Assembly (NCBI GenBank): GCA_013265495.1
Contig: MU057781.1
Span: 870,001-934,000, forward strand
Direction of reading: 5' to 3'
DNA from: Vicugna vicugna
Lineage: Eukaryota
Length of the DNA: 64,000 nucleotides
In this document: piece by piece, positions 36,337 through 48,290 of the stretch
Layout of the letters: the number at the start of each line of letters is the position of its first letter
Position numbering within the stretch: the first letter of the stretch is position 1
The notes under the pieces: model-generated
What the model was told of the DNA's origin: nothing
What the model saw: only the letters and a program-made list of their open reading frames with translations
The model's database searches: none
Position numbers and translations under genes: made by a program

Positions 36337-38374
36337 ACAGCCTCTCCCACAGCAGCACTTTCAGATACGCTGGCCTGCCGGTCGGTCTGTGCTCCCCCGG
36401 GAGGGGGAAGCACATGCCTGGACTCTGGGGAAGGGGCTCCAAGACCCCGGGCTCCCCAGAGTGGGCTCCTGCAGGACCCTGCCAGCCGCCAACGGGGTCC
36501 CTGCTGTGACCTCGGAGAACATCCCTTCCCTGGCCCAGCCCCACTGTGGGCTCCAGCTGCTCCTGCACACCATCACCCCGGGAAGGTGGGCCCAGGTCTG
36601 GGGACAGAAGGCATGTTCCTCATGTTGGCAGAGCCGAGCCCCGGGCACCGCTCAGGCCAGAGGGCACTGGGGGGAGGTCCCAGAGAGAGGGACAGGCCAG
36701 AGCTGACCCGTATGTAACTGCAGCTCCAGCCCAGAAACAGCCACTCTGCTCAGCAGACATTTCTGGAGAGGTGTGCGGCCCAGAGTCCAGGGACAGGCCC
36801 GTACCCACTGACCAGTCAGTGCAAGGCACAGGGACTCGGTGACCCCAACAGGCCCTCACAGCCCAGAGCTCCCTGCAGGACCCCTTCCCAGGCTGCTCCC
36901 CTCCCTCAGAGCAGGAGTCCCCAGAGCGTCCTCTGGGTGCCAGGCTGTTCCGTCCCTGCTGGTGGACAGTGAGGGCGCTGGGCTGTGCCCCTTCTGGGCA
37001 TCGTCTCGTTTTCAGAGACTGTGGGAGCTTGTTCTTGGTAGACATTCTCTGAATCGTGGTTAAAAAAAAACTTTTCCAGGGTTTGGCCCCCCAAATACAG
37101 GGTGACCCGACGTGCTCAGGCTGGCGAACGTAGTGGGAGGAGCTGGGAGCCTAGTGGGCGGCCCCAGGGTCACGTCCAGCCTGCCACCCCCAGCATTTCC
37201 TAGAGTTTCGTCCTGAAAGCAGTTAGGCCCGTGTGGTCCTGCAGTGCCCTGGGACGTGTGGTCCCACAGTGCCCTGGGACGTGCCCAGAGACCCTGCCAC
37301 TGCCTCCCCAGGGAGCCCGGCCTCTGAGACTGTCATCACCCGGGCCAGGAGGGGCTGGCCTCAGTGAGCTCATACCTGGTAGGACTGGCCCCAGGAAGCC
37401 CCCAGCCCAGAGACCCCACCAGACCATGGAAGGGCTGGTGTCCAGGAAAAGGGAGCAGGAGAGACAAGGAGAGCCGGGAGAGAGCCCCTCAAACCGGAGC
37501 TGGGCTCCGGGGTCTCTATACAAAGGCGGCCTGGCCCTGTCTTCTCCCAAGCCTCCCGCCTCTCCTAGGCCCCCCGCTCCTGGATCTCTGTTGAAGGGCG
37601 GCTCTCCCAGGGCCTTCCCGGCCAGTAGGACGGGACAGGTCAGGATGGAGGGGCCCTGCACCAGCCGCCCACAGTTCACACCTGGGAGAGGAGCTGTCGC
37701 AGGCACTCAGCCTGCCCTCTGACCTGGGGCTCACTGTGGCCGCAGGGTCGCCAGCCCGTCCTAAAGCCGGGAAGGGTGTGAGGGGCAGGGAGCCGTCCCT
37801 CTGCAGACCCAGGCAGTGCGTCCCAGGGCGGGATGTCCTGGTTGTAAGTAGGTGGCTCACATTTCAATTTGGCAAGAATATTAAAAGGCATCCCGGAGGA
37901 GGCCCTCGGACGCAGGGCAGAGGAGCGAAGGCTCGGAGGAAATCCTCAGAAAGAGGGCACCCGGTTGGGCCAGCTCCGGCTCCAGTCTCCTGCTGTCGGG
38001 CAGGTGTCTCTGGGAGGCGCAGGGGCCCTGCTCTGTGCGCCCAGGGAGGCCTCTGAAGGCCCCCTCGGCCACCGCAGGCCCTGACCCTGCTCGGACCCCC
38101 TCTCCACCAAGGGCCACCCCCCTGAACCCACACACCTGCCGGCCACACCTCCACTGGGCCTACCTGCCGGGGGTCACGCTCCTTTCCCCGCCCCGACGCA
38201 CCCCCCAGAAGCCCGTGGCCCCCGCATCACAGGGGGTGGCGGCCCCCGCCTCTCCTGGAGACGCACCCGGACCCGCGGACCCTTCAGTCTCACGCTCACT
38301 CCAGGTCAGCACCCAGGACGCCTTGAAACGGAGGCACTGGACCTGCCCCAGGGCAGCACCCGGGCTGGACCTCG

Positions 38375-38520
38375 TTTCTTTTCTTTTTTTTAATTTTTAA
38401 TTTTAAAATTTACTTCATTTTATTTGGAAGAGTGGTCAGGTTTACTTGTTTATGTGTTTTTAGAGGAGGCACCAGGGCTTGAACCCAGGAGCTGTGTGTG
38501 CTAAGCGTGCGTCGACGCTG
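38375..38520 (-). mobile_element. tRNA-derived SINE, camelid-type (Vic-1-like), 5' end degraded
   Basis: T-rich tail, then AGGTTTACTTGTTTATGTGTTTTTAGAGGAGGCACCAGGGCTTGAACCCAGGAGCTGTGTGTGCTAAGC. The reverse complement has B-box GGGTTCAAGCCC. Matches my recollection of the camel/alpaca SINE. Confidence 0.65.
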
Positions 38521-38759
38521 GGGAACTGAGTTGGCCGAAGTGGGACTGGAAGTGATGTGGGGAAGGCCAGGGGGGCCCGAGGGGCCGCCGTGAGAGGGCC
38601 CGCTCAGCTGCGCACCCGTCTCAGCGCCAGGCAGCGGCTGGCCTCCACAGCCCCAGTGCCCTGGACTGTGAGTGGGAACGTGTGGGGCTCCCCCAGCACC
38701 TCGTAAACTGTCAGGGGCCCCAGCACGGCCCTCGGTCTCGGTCAGAGAGGGGGATCCCC

Positions 38760-38845
38760 TGAGGAGATTTAAAAGTCCTGAGTCCAGGCCACACCCCAGG
38801 CCCTCTGGGGTGGGCCCAGGCATCAGAATGTCCACAAAGGGCCCT
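38760..38845. mobile_element. MER5-like hAT DNA transposon relic
   Basis: GAGATTTAAAAGTCCTGAGTCCAGGCCACACCCCAG...TCTGGGGTGGGCCCAGGCATCAG resembles MER5A internal sequence. Confidence 0.45.
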
Positions 38846-41679
38846 CGTCCTTGAGACGCCTGAAACCACCACAGACCAACCCAGGTGCGCACGTTCCCGG
38901 CCACGCCAGGAGCACCCAGGCCCTGCGAGCAGTAGGCAGCCTCGCAAGCCCAGCGGCCGAGCCTGCCCAGGAGGGCTGGAGGGCAGGTTCTGGGCATCAC
39001 ACAGTCGCTGCAGATGGCCCACAGCTCAGGCCTCGTTAGGGACTAGATTTTCAGGTGCCAGCTCTGGGCCCAGCACCCTAGGGACCAATCTCGTGCACCT
39101 GCTAGGAGCTGACACCGCAGAGACCAGCCCGGTTTCCTGCCCGCCAGCCCTGGGCGGTCCCAGGGGAGGCCGACCCCAGGCCGAGAGGTCAGGACCCGGC
39201 CAGCTGGCTCTCCACCTGCCAGGTCCTGGCTGATTTGAGTTTACAGTTTACTACCCAAACCAGGCAGAAAACCCTCCAAAGTACGCAAGATAGTCAGCAA
39301 CATCCCAAGTCCACATGCAGCGGAGCGAGGCCCCTGCTGCCCCTGACTCCGGGACAGCAAGCATCTGGACAGACGGGCCCTCCCGGGGCACAGGGAGTGG
39401 TCATGTTCCTGATGGAGCCGCTGCTCCACACAGGTGTCGGCAGGAGACAAAAGCCTTCCCGAAACCCAAGCACTCCCCACGTTTGTGACTTCGAGCCTGA
39501 GGAGTGAGCTGCGGAGCAAACACGGGGTCAACTGGGGTGTCCTGGGTGCATCTTCTGGGGAGAAGGAGATCCAGCAGTTGCTGCTCTGTATGGTGGGGGG
39601 GGGGCAGCTCCTGCCTTCTCCACAGGGCTCTGCTGAGCTGGAGGCCCGGCAAGACCCACGCAGAGCCCAGAGGAGCCCAGACCCGCTGCACTGGCCACGG
39701 AGTCTGGCCAGGTCAGGCAGGGAAAGAGCTTTCGCCACTGGATGAACAGGTGAGGGAGGCCCCAGGGTCTGGGACCCCCATACCCTCCTCTGAGCCGTGT
39801 TCTCAGCCCTGACTGACCGCTTAGACAGTCAGTCCAGCTCAGCAGGGCTGCTCACTGTCTGCCCACAGAGCCACCGGCCCTGGGGCACTGGGGGAAGTCC
39901 GTGGGCCCCGGCGGCATGGACAGTCCAACACGCCAGCTGCAGCCCCTGGGAACTGGCCCTGCCACCCAGAGATCAGCAGGCTTGCTGAGCCCTGGGTCCT
40001 TTAGGTCTCCAGACCCTCCTTGGCCAACAGGGGTTCAGCCAACACATTTCAAATCCATGGAGCTGACCCTTCACCTGGAGTCGCCAAGAGAGTCCTGGTC
40101 TGTACATACTTCACCCTCAGGGGCAGGAAGCCAGGAATGTGCAGCGGGCAGGAGGGCCACTGCTAGACGCGGGGTCCCTGCGGGACAGAGGGTGGGGGAG
40201 GAGGAGGGAGAGCGTGTAATGCCAAGAGCCAGGCAGAGGCGGGAGGTTTCCAGAACGGGGCGGGGGGGAGGCGGAGGGAAGGAGGCAGAGGTGGGCAGGG
40301 CGCAGGAGACAAGCCCACCGGCTGGGCCAGGGCCACCCACGGAGCCCCCCGCAGCCCTGCCGCTGCCCGAGGGTCAGCTCAGCCCCAACACGTCTGCAAG
40401 TCGGGTGTGCAGCCTGGGACGTGTCGGACTCTGGGGTCGGGCGGAGATGGGGCCTCCACTCAGGCCTGACCCCTAGGACCCAGGATGAGACCCGTCGTCA
40501 TCCGGAAAGGGAGCACTTCCGGCTCTGACGTCAGTGCGGCGAGGAGTGAGAGGTTCCAGCTGCAGAGCGGGGACCTGGGGCCTGGGAGCTGATCCGTCCC
40601 CAAGGAGCTGACCCTGCAGGCGGCTCGGGGCAGAACGTCCACGTTGAAGGGATCCCTTCAGCAGCTGGGCGAGGTGGTGAAATGTGGTGAGTGTTCCAAA
40701 GGTGGAGGTTGGGGTCCCCTAAGCAAGCACAGGACCTCGCCCCCCACCCCCCCACCGGCTCCCGTCAGCCCAGCCCGCTCCCTCCCAGGACGGGGAGGCA
40801 CCAACCCGCAGCTCAGGTGACCTGATGCCCTGACCTTTGGGCCACACCCTCACCTTGACCCCGAGACTGGGTGGGCCCTGTCCTGTGTCTCCAGGTGTTC
40901 TCATGCAGGAAACCCTTGGACAGAAACCACCCAGAGCCTCGCTGGGCCGAGGGGCACACACGTGTGACCTCGGGCCAGCCGCTCATGTCCCTAACCCCGG
41001 CACTCCTCAGGCCATGGGGGACATGGTGTCCGCCACCTTGTAGGGCTAATGGGACAGTCCCAGAGCCCTCGCACAGCCCGTGGTCCACAGCAAATACTCG
41101 AGGTGTATCGCTGGGGCTTGGTGGGCCTCGGGGTCTGGGAGTTGAGCAGGGAGCTGCTGGTCCTTCCAGGATAAAATGACAGCTTCATCAAGTAGAAATA
41201 CAAATGGCTGGAATGTTCAGAACAATGTTAGCTAACTGTGGTGTCAGTGGATAGTCTGTTGCAACTAAAGCCTTTATCAGTGTAGACGCTTAATTACAAA
41301 AGGCAGGAAGCAACCAAATTAGCTTCAAGGGCATTTATTCATCCACCCGGCTTTAAGATTCAGGTCTGGCTTGATCAAGCATCCCACGCTAGTTTCTAAG
41401 TGCGTGCACATGGTCCAGCTCAGCTCTCTCCTTTGTCACAAGATGGCTGCAGCTGCTCCGGACCGTGTGTCCCCTGGGGTATACGTTCCAGAATTCCTGT
41501 AAAAAGTCTTATTACTTTTGATTGCCTGTCACGGGGTCAGCTGCCCATCTCTGGCTGGACGTTTTGAGTGACACACCTGGGTCACGTGCCAGCCCTCACG
41601 ACGGGCTGGAGATGGGAGAGGAGTCTGGGGTCTTGCATTCACCAGGATAACTGTTGTCCCAGATTCTGCACTATTATGT

Positions 41680-42680
41680 TCAGAGTTTGTTAAGAATGCT
41701 GGGGATGGCTTTAGAAGTTTGTCAAGTGCTCTTTGGCATTTGTTGAGAGGAAAAGGTTTTTCTCCTTTGCCCTTTGGCTGTCAGAGAGTTCATACATCTC
41801 TTGAAATTGAACTATACCCGCATTCCTGGGGTAAGCCCTACTTGGACACCCCAGGTTATTCCTTTTTCATATCTTCTTGAATTGGATTGGCTGCCCTCCA
41901 TTTATGATTTTCACACCTGGGTGCTCTGTAAGTTTATTTTTTGAATCAGTTTCGACTGCCTGATCAAGGTTATGCTATCACCATAACCTGAATTAGGAGG
42001 TATCCAGTCCTTCTGTCAGAAAAGTTGATACACCTTGGGAATTTCTTGTTCTGCAAATGTTTGAAATGATTACTCAGGGAATCTGGAGAACAGTTTTAGA
42101 AATCTTTTTTTTTAAAAACACCTTTATTGTGGACTGACTCCTGTACAGCAAACTACACATATTTCAGATGTACAACCTGATGAACTCTGACAGGTGTACA
42201 CACCCATGATAAAAGAATCTTCCACAGTCATCGCCTGCCTATTCTTTCTTGTGCTTCTTGACGCCATTTTGTTAATTTATATTTTTATCCAGTTTTTAAA
42301 TTTTACATTTTTGTACAGTGTTTACTTTTCACATCTTTACACATTTTTATACAGTCCCAATTAAACTGGGACCTCCGTGTCTCACCTGCGTGTCTGCTGC
42401 TGCTGTCACTGTGCGCATTTCTATTTTCGTCCCTTTTCCAAACCCTGATTGCCATGGACTTCCTTATCTGTTGCTGTGTTTCCCATAGACCAGCATTTGG
42501 AGCTATGGATCATTTTTGATTGTGTCTCTAGTTTCTTAGTTTTTTTCTTGTGAGGTGATCTGTTTTTCCCCCAAGGTGGTTTTGTGTTGTCCTTTTTAAC
42601 TGCTGCACTTGGCTAATTCTAGCTCTTCAGTCCTATTTGCAGTGACAGCATTTAGGTCCGTCAGTCCATCTCCAGGGAGA
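41680..42680 (-). mobile_element. Ancient L1 ORF2 fragments, antisense
   Basis: TTGAACTATACCCGCATTCCTGGGGTAAGCCCTACTTGG and ATCAAGGTTATGCT are classical antisense L1 RT-region motifs in a T-rich block. Confidence 0.8.
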
Positions 42681-45600
42681 GTGGCTGGCACATCCCAGGA
42701 CAGTGACCAGCAGTGTTTCAAGTTCATTGTGTCCCACGTGCCCCGGGGCTGCGGTCTTCTGGCCTCGCTGACCCAATAGCTATTTCGGAGGACTGGCTTT
42801 AATTCCTAGTGGCTGAGGTCTCCATGTAAGCCACAGAAAGCAACCCTCACGGCCAGGCTGGCGCAGGCCGGGGTCCTGACCCGGAGCCTGCGCGCACGGC
42901 CGCCCATCTCCCTGGGTGCGGCTCCCTCCAGGCAGCAGTGCCAGCCGCACTCCCCGCTTTCCAGGACGTCTGCCCGTCTCACGGCAGCACAAAGTCCGGC
43001 CAGATTCTCAGAGCAGTGTGACCCCTGGCTGTCCCAGGCGTTATGGGGTTTTGTTTCTCTCTGTCTTGGCGGGAAGTTTAAGAGGTAGTCCAGGACAGGC
43101 GCAGGCAGCCAGACACTAAATGAAAGGTGGTTTTGCAGTTAATGAAAAACAACATAACGCTTTCATTCTAGAAAATGGCTCTTATAAGTCTTTTTATTTT
43201 CTCTTACCTCATGCAAGACAGACAGGAATTTAAAAAAAAAAGGATGCAGAATCAACAAGGCATAATCTTATGTCACTATCCATCTTTAGGAAGTAATTTC
43301 TTCGCTGAATAACAGCGTCCTAACACTCGAAGCAGAGAAAACAACCAGTGGACAAGGCAGGGGCCATGAGTCCAAAGCCAAGACCAGTGCACTGCGTCTC
43401 CTGATGCCGCGTCCTGGGAAACGCAGGACGGGGTGTGCCTGCAGCCGGAAGGCCCCCGGGGCGGCACCTTGTGCTGGGCGTGAGGCGACTGGGGCGCAAG
43501 CGGCCTCCCAGAGCCCGGGAGGCAGGGCGCTCTGGCCGCTTCCCTTTCCTGGCACCTGCTTCTCGTGTTTGCCGAGGTGATGGCCGGCCAAACCGCAAGG
43601 AGCTGCCAGGAAAGTTGGGGCCAGGCCTTGTGAGAACCGCTTTTTCCAACCAGGGTTCTGGGCTGTCAGCCGGGCTCACTGAGTCCACCTGCAGGTGCCC
43701 ACCAGTTCAGTCTCTGCCCACTGCAAAGTCTCCCCCACGCCCCACCCCGCTGCCGAGCCCGGTGTCCCCACAGGGCCTCTGCCTGGGCCCCCAGATGAGA
43801 GTGTCATCCTCATCCCCTCTCAGCCCAGGGGCCTCAGACAGCTGGGCCTATCCAGCCCTCCTGCCGGGGGGTGTGACAGCGAGAGGGGACATCCTGCAGG
43901 CTGTTTCCATGGGGCCAGAGGATGCTGAAGAAATGGCAGCCTGCTCCTACCTACACAGGAGTGTGTACACACACTCGCATGAGCAGGAACACATGTGCAT
44001 CACACATGCAGGCACAGCAGAGTGTGCACACTGGCACATGCCTGCATTCACACCACACCCAGCAAGACACGTGCACACACGGATGTACGCAGCTCCCGTG
44101 CTGACTCCGCCCTCCCCCACCCTGCACACACCTCCTGGAGGAGTGGATGGGACCAGGGCCTCCGTGCAGCCAGGCGGTCCGGTGATGCGAGCTGGAACAG
44201 GAGTCCGCCTCCCCAGCTCCACCCTGCCCTAGAGAGCTGCTCCAGAAACCCTTCCAGTGACAAATGGCCAGCCGGTGGCCACACGGAGGAACTGGGCTGC
44301 TGGGGGCAGGATGGCCAGGGATACTCCGGGAGGCACCTTCAGGTGCCCAGTGCCAGGGTGAGGGCGCCAGAACCAGTGAGGCCAGGGCCACGGTGGGGGC
44401 CAGGGTGGAGAGAAGGAAAGGTGGCCCCCATGGCCCGGACGCCTGCAGGGAGGGGGAGACCCGGCCCAGCCCCCTTGGGCCTCGGGCTTGGCTCCCCAGG
44501 AGGTGAAGGTCGGGCCACATTCTTTGCTGAGGCTGGAATTCTGACATCAGATTTTCCATGCTTGGCCTGGGGGAGGAGCCGGGCGCCGCAGGGAGGGAGC
44601 CGCAGGCCGGTGGGGCTGAGGGCTGGAGGCACCCAGGGCACCCATGGCTTAGGGCGCGAGGCAGGAAGGAGGGTTCCGCTGGCCGGCCCTCCTGTGCCCC
44701 GGGCCTGGCCTGCCCACGCTTGGTCCCTAGAGCATCATGGCCTTCAGCCATCCTGTGACATTCTTGTCCCAGCACGGGCTGAGTCACGTGGGCTGGGTCA
44801 GGGACTCTAAAAATAGCCTGGTAGCTGGGCCAGCGCGCCGGAGTTATTATTAGGCTGGGACAGAGCCCCTCCTCCGGGGGGGAGGGTGCTCTCTTCTCAG
44901 GGCCCCGAAAGAGCTGGGGATTTGGCCAAAGGAGGCCTGGCTGCTGAGCATCCCGCCCTGGAAACCGAAGCCCATCCCTCCCACCTCGGGCCCAGGCGCT
45001 GCAGTTCCTCCGCCTGAACTGCCCCCAAGAAGCCCCCTTCTTCCTCTGTCCTCTGTGGTGCATTCTGGGGGGCTCCTGGCCCTTCTCAAAGGTCGGAGTG
45101 TCCCCCAAAGAGCCTGCAGGCCAGGATGCCAAATGAAAACATGGCCCCTTATTCCAAGTGAGCAAAGATCTCAAGAAGTCACAGCCAAGGAGCCTGCAGA
45201 AGCTCCAGCCACTTCAAGGTGTAGGGGTCCCCCAAACACACAGGCTCTTGGCTTGTTTCCACCAGAAGAGCAGTAGCCCGGCCAGCACGGCTCCTGGGCA
45301 CCCCGAGCCATTCACTGAAGGTCCTGGCCCTCAGGGTGGTCATTCTGGCCGTGGAGAAGCGCTGGCCCCGGAGGCGGCTCTGTGAGGAGCCAGACGAGAA
45401 GCCTGTGCTCTGAGGTCCCTCCCCAGGACGCTTTGGCTCACTTCTGAGCCCACAGACTGACTGCAGGGCATGCTCGCCAGGCCCACCTGTGGGCTGGACG
45501 CTGCTGGGCCAGCGGATCAATCACCCGAGGGCTCAGGCCCCTGACCACCATCTGACCTGGCACTTTCATAACCAGAGGCCTTAGTGACTGAGAAAGGCCC

Positions 45601-48189
45601 TGCCCAAACTCCGCCAGCACAACCTCCGGGCCCAGCAGCTCCAATGCCGGAGACCCCTCAGTGGGGGTAGACTGTCCTAAGGCCTGGAGTCTGGCCTCAC
45701 CCCAGAGCAGGCTATCCCCACCCCGTCCACGTGGTCATCTCTGGTGCAAAGCCACACAGCGGCACAAGAAAGCACTTGTGTGCCAGAGGGGACGTCTGGG
45801 CTTAGAAGGAAAGACAGCCGGACGTCCTGGGGCAGAGCCACCTGCTCCATTTCTGGAAAGAAAAAGGATGAGGTCCAAGTGGCTGGCAGGGCTTGCCCAG
45901 CCCACACTCAGCCCCACTGGGAGAAGGGACTCCCACAAGTGCCCCATCCGGAAATGCCCCTGGGCCGGGTCGGGGGGATGCTGTGACTTACAAGACACTC
46001 ATGAGGAGAGACTCGTAAGTCGGTGACCGAAAAGGTGCATAGGTCATGGGTGTTCACCACAGCCCAGAGATGGCAGCTTCCAGGGAGCACGAGACAGCAT
46101 CACAGTCTCATGGAATTGTCCTGAGGCACATTCCCCCCCTCCACCGAGAGTGATGATGGGGACACTGTGTGGCTGAGGTCAGGACTGGCTCCCCGGGAGT
46201 GAGGCCTCTCCCCTCCCGCCCATGTGCTCACCCTACAGCGGGCCCTTCCAGACAGACGCCCCTCCGCAGTCCTTTGACATCCTGAGAGAAGAAATAATTT
46301 TCACGATTGCCTCCCAGGCCTTCTGGCAAAGATGAGGCTTTTCCCTCTGAAAAAGTAATTTGTGGCCTGAAAGGAATTGCCAGGTGATCGCGCTTGTCTG
46401 TCCCCTGAAATCGTCATGCCCACCGGTGAGCGTGAGCAGTGAGGCAGACCGCATGGAGCAGTCAACCCTCCTCCCCGGGAAGGACCCGGTCGGCGTGCGG
46501 GTGCTGGCCCTGCAGGGAGAGGGTCAGCCATCCACGCTGTGCTGAGGGTCGCGGGGCAGCAGATCTGAGCTACAGGGACGCTGGCCAGTCGTCAGCGAGA
46601 ACAAGTCCATCGGAGGCTCAGAGCTGCTAGTGGTGTGGGCTGCAGACGTCGCACACTGGGGGCAGCCACGTGCATGTGCCGAGTGCTCCCTCCGCCCGCC
46701 GTGGCAGTGGCGCGCCCACAGTGATGAGTCTCCAGGGGGTTGAGAGGGAAGCGGGAGCTCTGATGGGACCACCTCCCCAGGTGTCCAGCTCCACATCCAG
46801 CGTCCCCAGTCCCTTGGGCTCTCAGCCCTGGCTGGGAGCTTCCCCGCAGCTGAAGCCTGGGGAGCAGGGCCTGCTGCAGCCTGGCCCCTCCACTGTGGCC
46901 TGAGAACTGGGCCGTGGGAGGAGGTGGCCCTGAAACAGACACTGCCCTGCTGGGGCTGCCCCAGGGTCAGGACCCAGCAAAGCCAGCACCCAGCACCGAA
47001 CGCAGGAAGGTGCTGGCCGGGGAGCAGGCGACTGAGTGGGAACTTCTGGGCTCCCACGTGCAGAAGCCCTTCAGGAACCAGAGCGGGCCCCTCAGCGCAG
47101 ACCTGTCTCTGGACACAGGATAAGGGAGCTCACGGTATTCGAGGGACTCACGGACTTCCCCGCTAGGGGAGGCCCCTACGCCAAGCCCTGTGGTCTGTGT
47201 CTAGGTGTCCAGTTCCAGAGACACAGGACACGGCCAGGCCAGCCCGGGAAGGGGACACACAGAGAGAGAGGGTGGCCAAGGATGCAGATTCCTCAGATCC
47301 AGCCAGAGGCCTCCCAGGCGGGCATCCTGCAGCAGAGGAAAGCAGGAGGGACTCAAGGCCGCACTGAGGACCGTGGCCTCGGCCCTCGAGGTGGTCCTGG
47401 GGGAAGAGCTGGCCACATGGGCACTGCCTGGCCAACTCTGAGAGGGTCAGGGCAGGGCTGCCGTCTCTCCTTGGAGTCCTCGGCAGCTTGGGGCCTGTGG
47501 ACACACCCGCCTTAGCGTCCAGCCAGCACGCCCACCTGCTGAGTCACTGCTCACCTGGCACGGCCTGCCAGGCCGGGCTGCTTGCCGGCCTCCAGCACGC
47601 ACCACACACTGAGCCGGGGGCTGGCGGCGGAGGCCTGGAGCCTGGCTCTGCCAGCGGAGGGCTCGGGCTGCTCGGCCCGCCTGCCAGGTTCTCCGCTCCA
47701 TCACTCCAGGAAATGGAAATGTTCCTAAAACTTCTCACTCTCCAGCTGCTTTTACTTCTAAGTCTGTGCTTAAAATAGCCTAGAGCCGGCCCTCTGGTTT
47801 GCCTTTTTCTGGGATTAAAAAGCAGTCTCCGTGCCTGCAGACGGCAGACCGGACCGCGGGCAGCGCCCTGAGGGGGCGGACACAGCTGGGAAGCACTTCT
47901 CCTTTCCTGTGATGTGAGGCTTGTGTCTGAAAGTCGAGTGCATGCCGGCTTGCTCCATAAAGTTACTTTCTTCAACGTGGACGGAGGGGCTGTGCGTGAG
48001 GAGAAGGCAGCGCAGAGACAGATGTAAGGGCTGGCGCCAGGGCTGCCTCTCTCACACTCTCTTCCAGCAGCTGAGCTCAGACTGGAGACTGAACCCAACA
48101 AACACCCAGTGCCCGGCCGGCAGCTGGCCGAGGCCCTCGCCTGCGAGCCGCTGTCCTCCCTGCAATCCTGGCGGCTGAACTGCCACGGG

Positions 48190-48290
48190 GCACCCCTACA
48201 CAGACGGAAACTGAGGCCAGGGGCGGCAGCTGTCTGCCAAGGTCGTGCAGGGGCCGAGGGGAGACACCTGGAGGCCAGTGCTCACACGGC
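48190..48290 (-). mobile_element. MIR core fragment
   Basis: TACACAGACGGAAACTGAGGCCAGGGG...CTGCCAAGGTCGTGCAG matches the MIR core. Confidence 0.6.
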
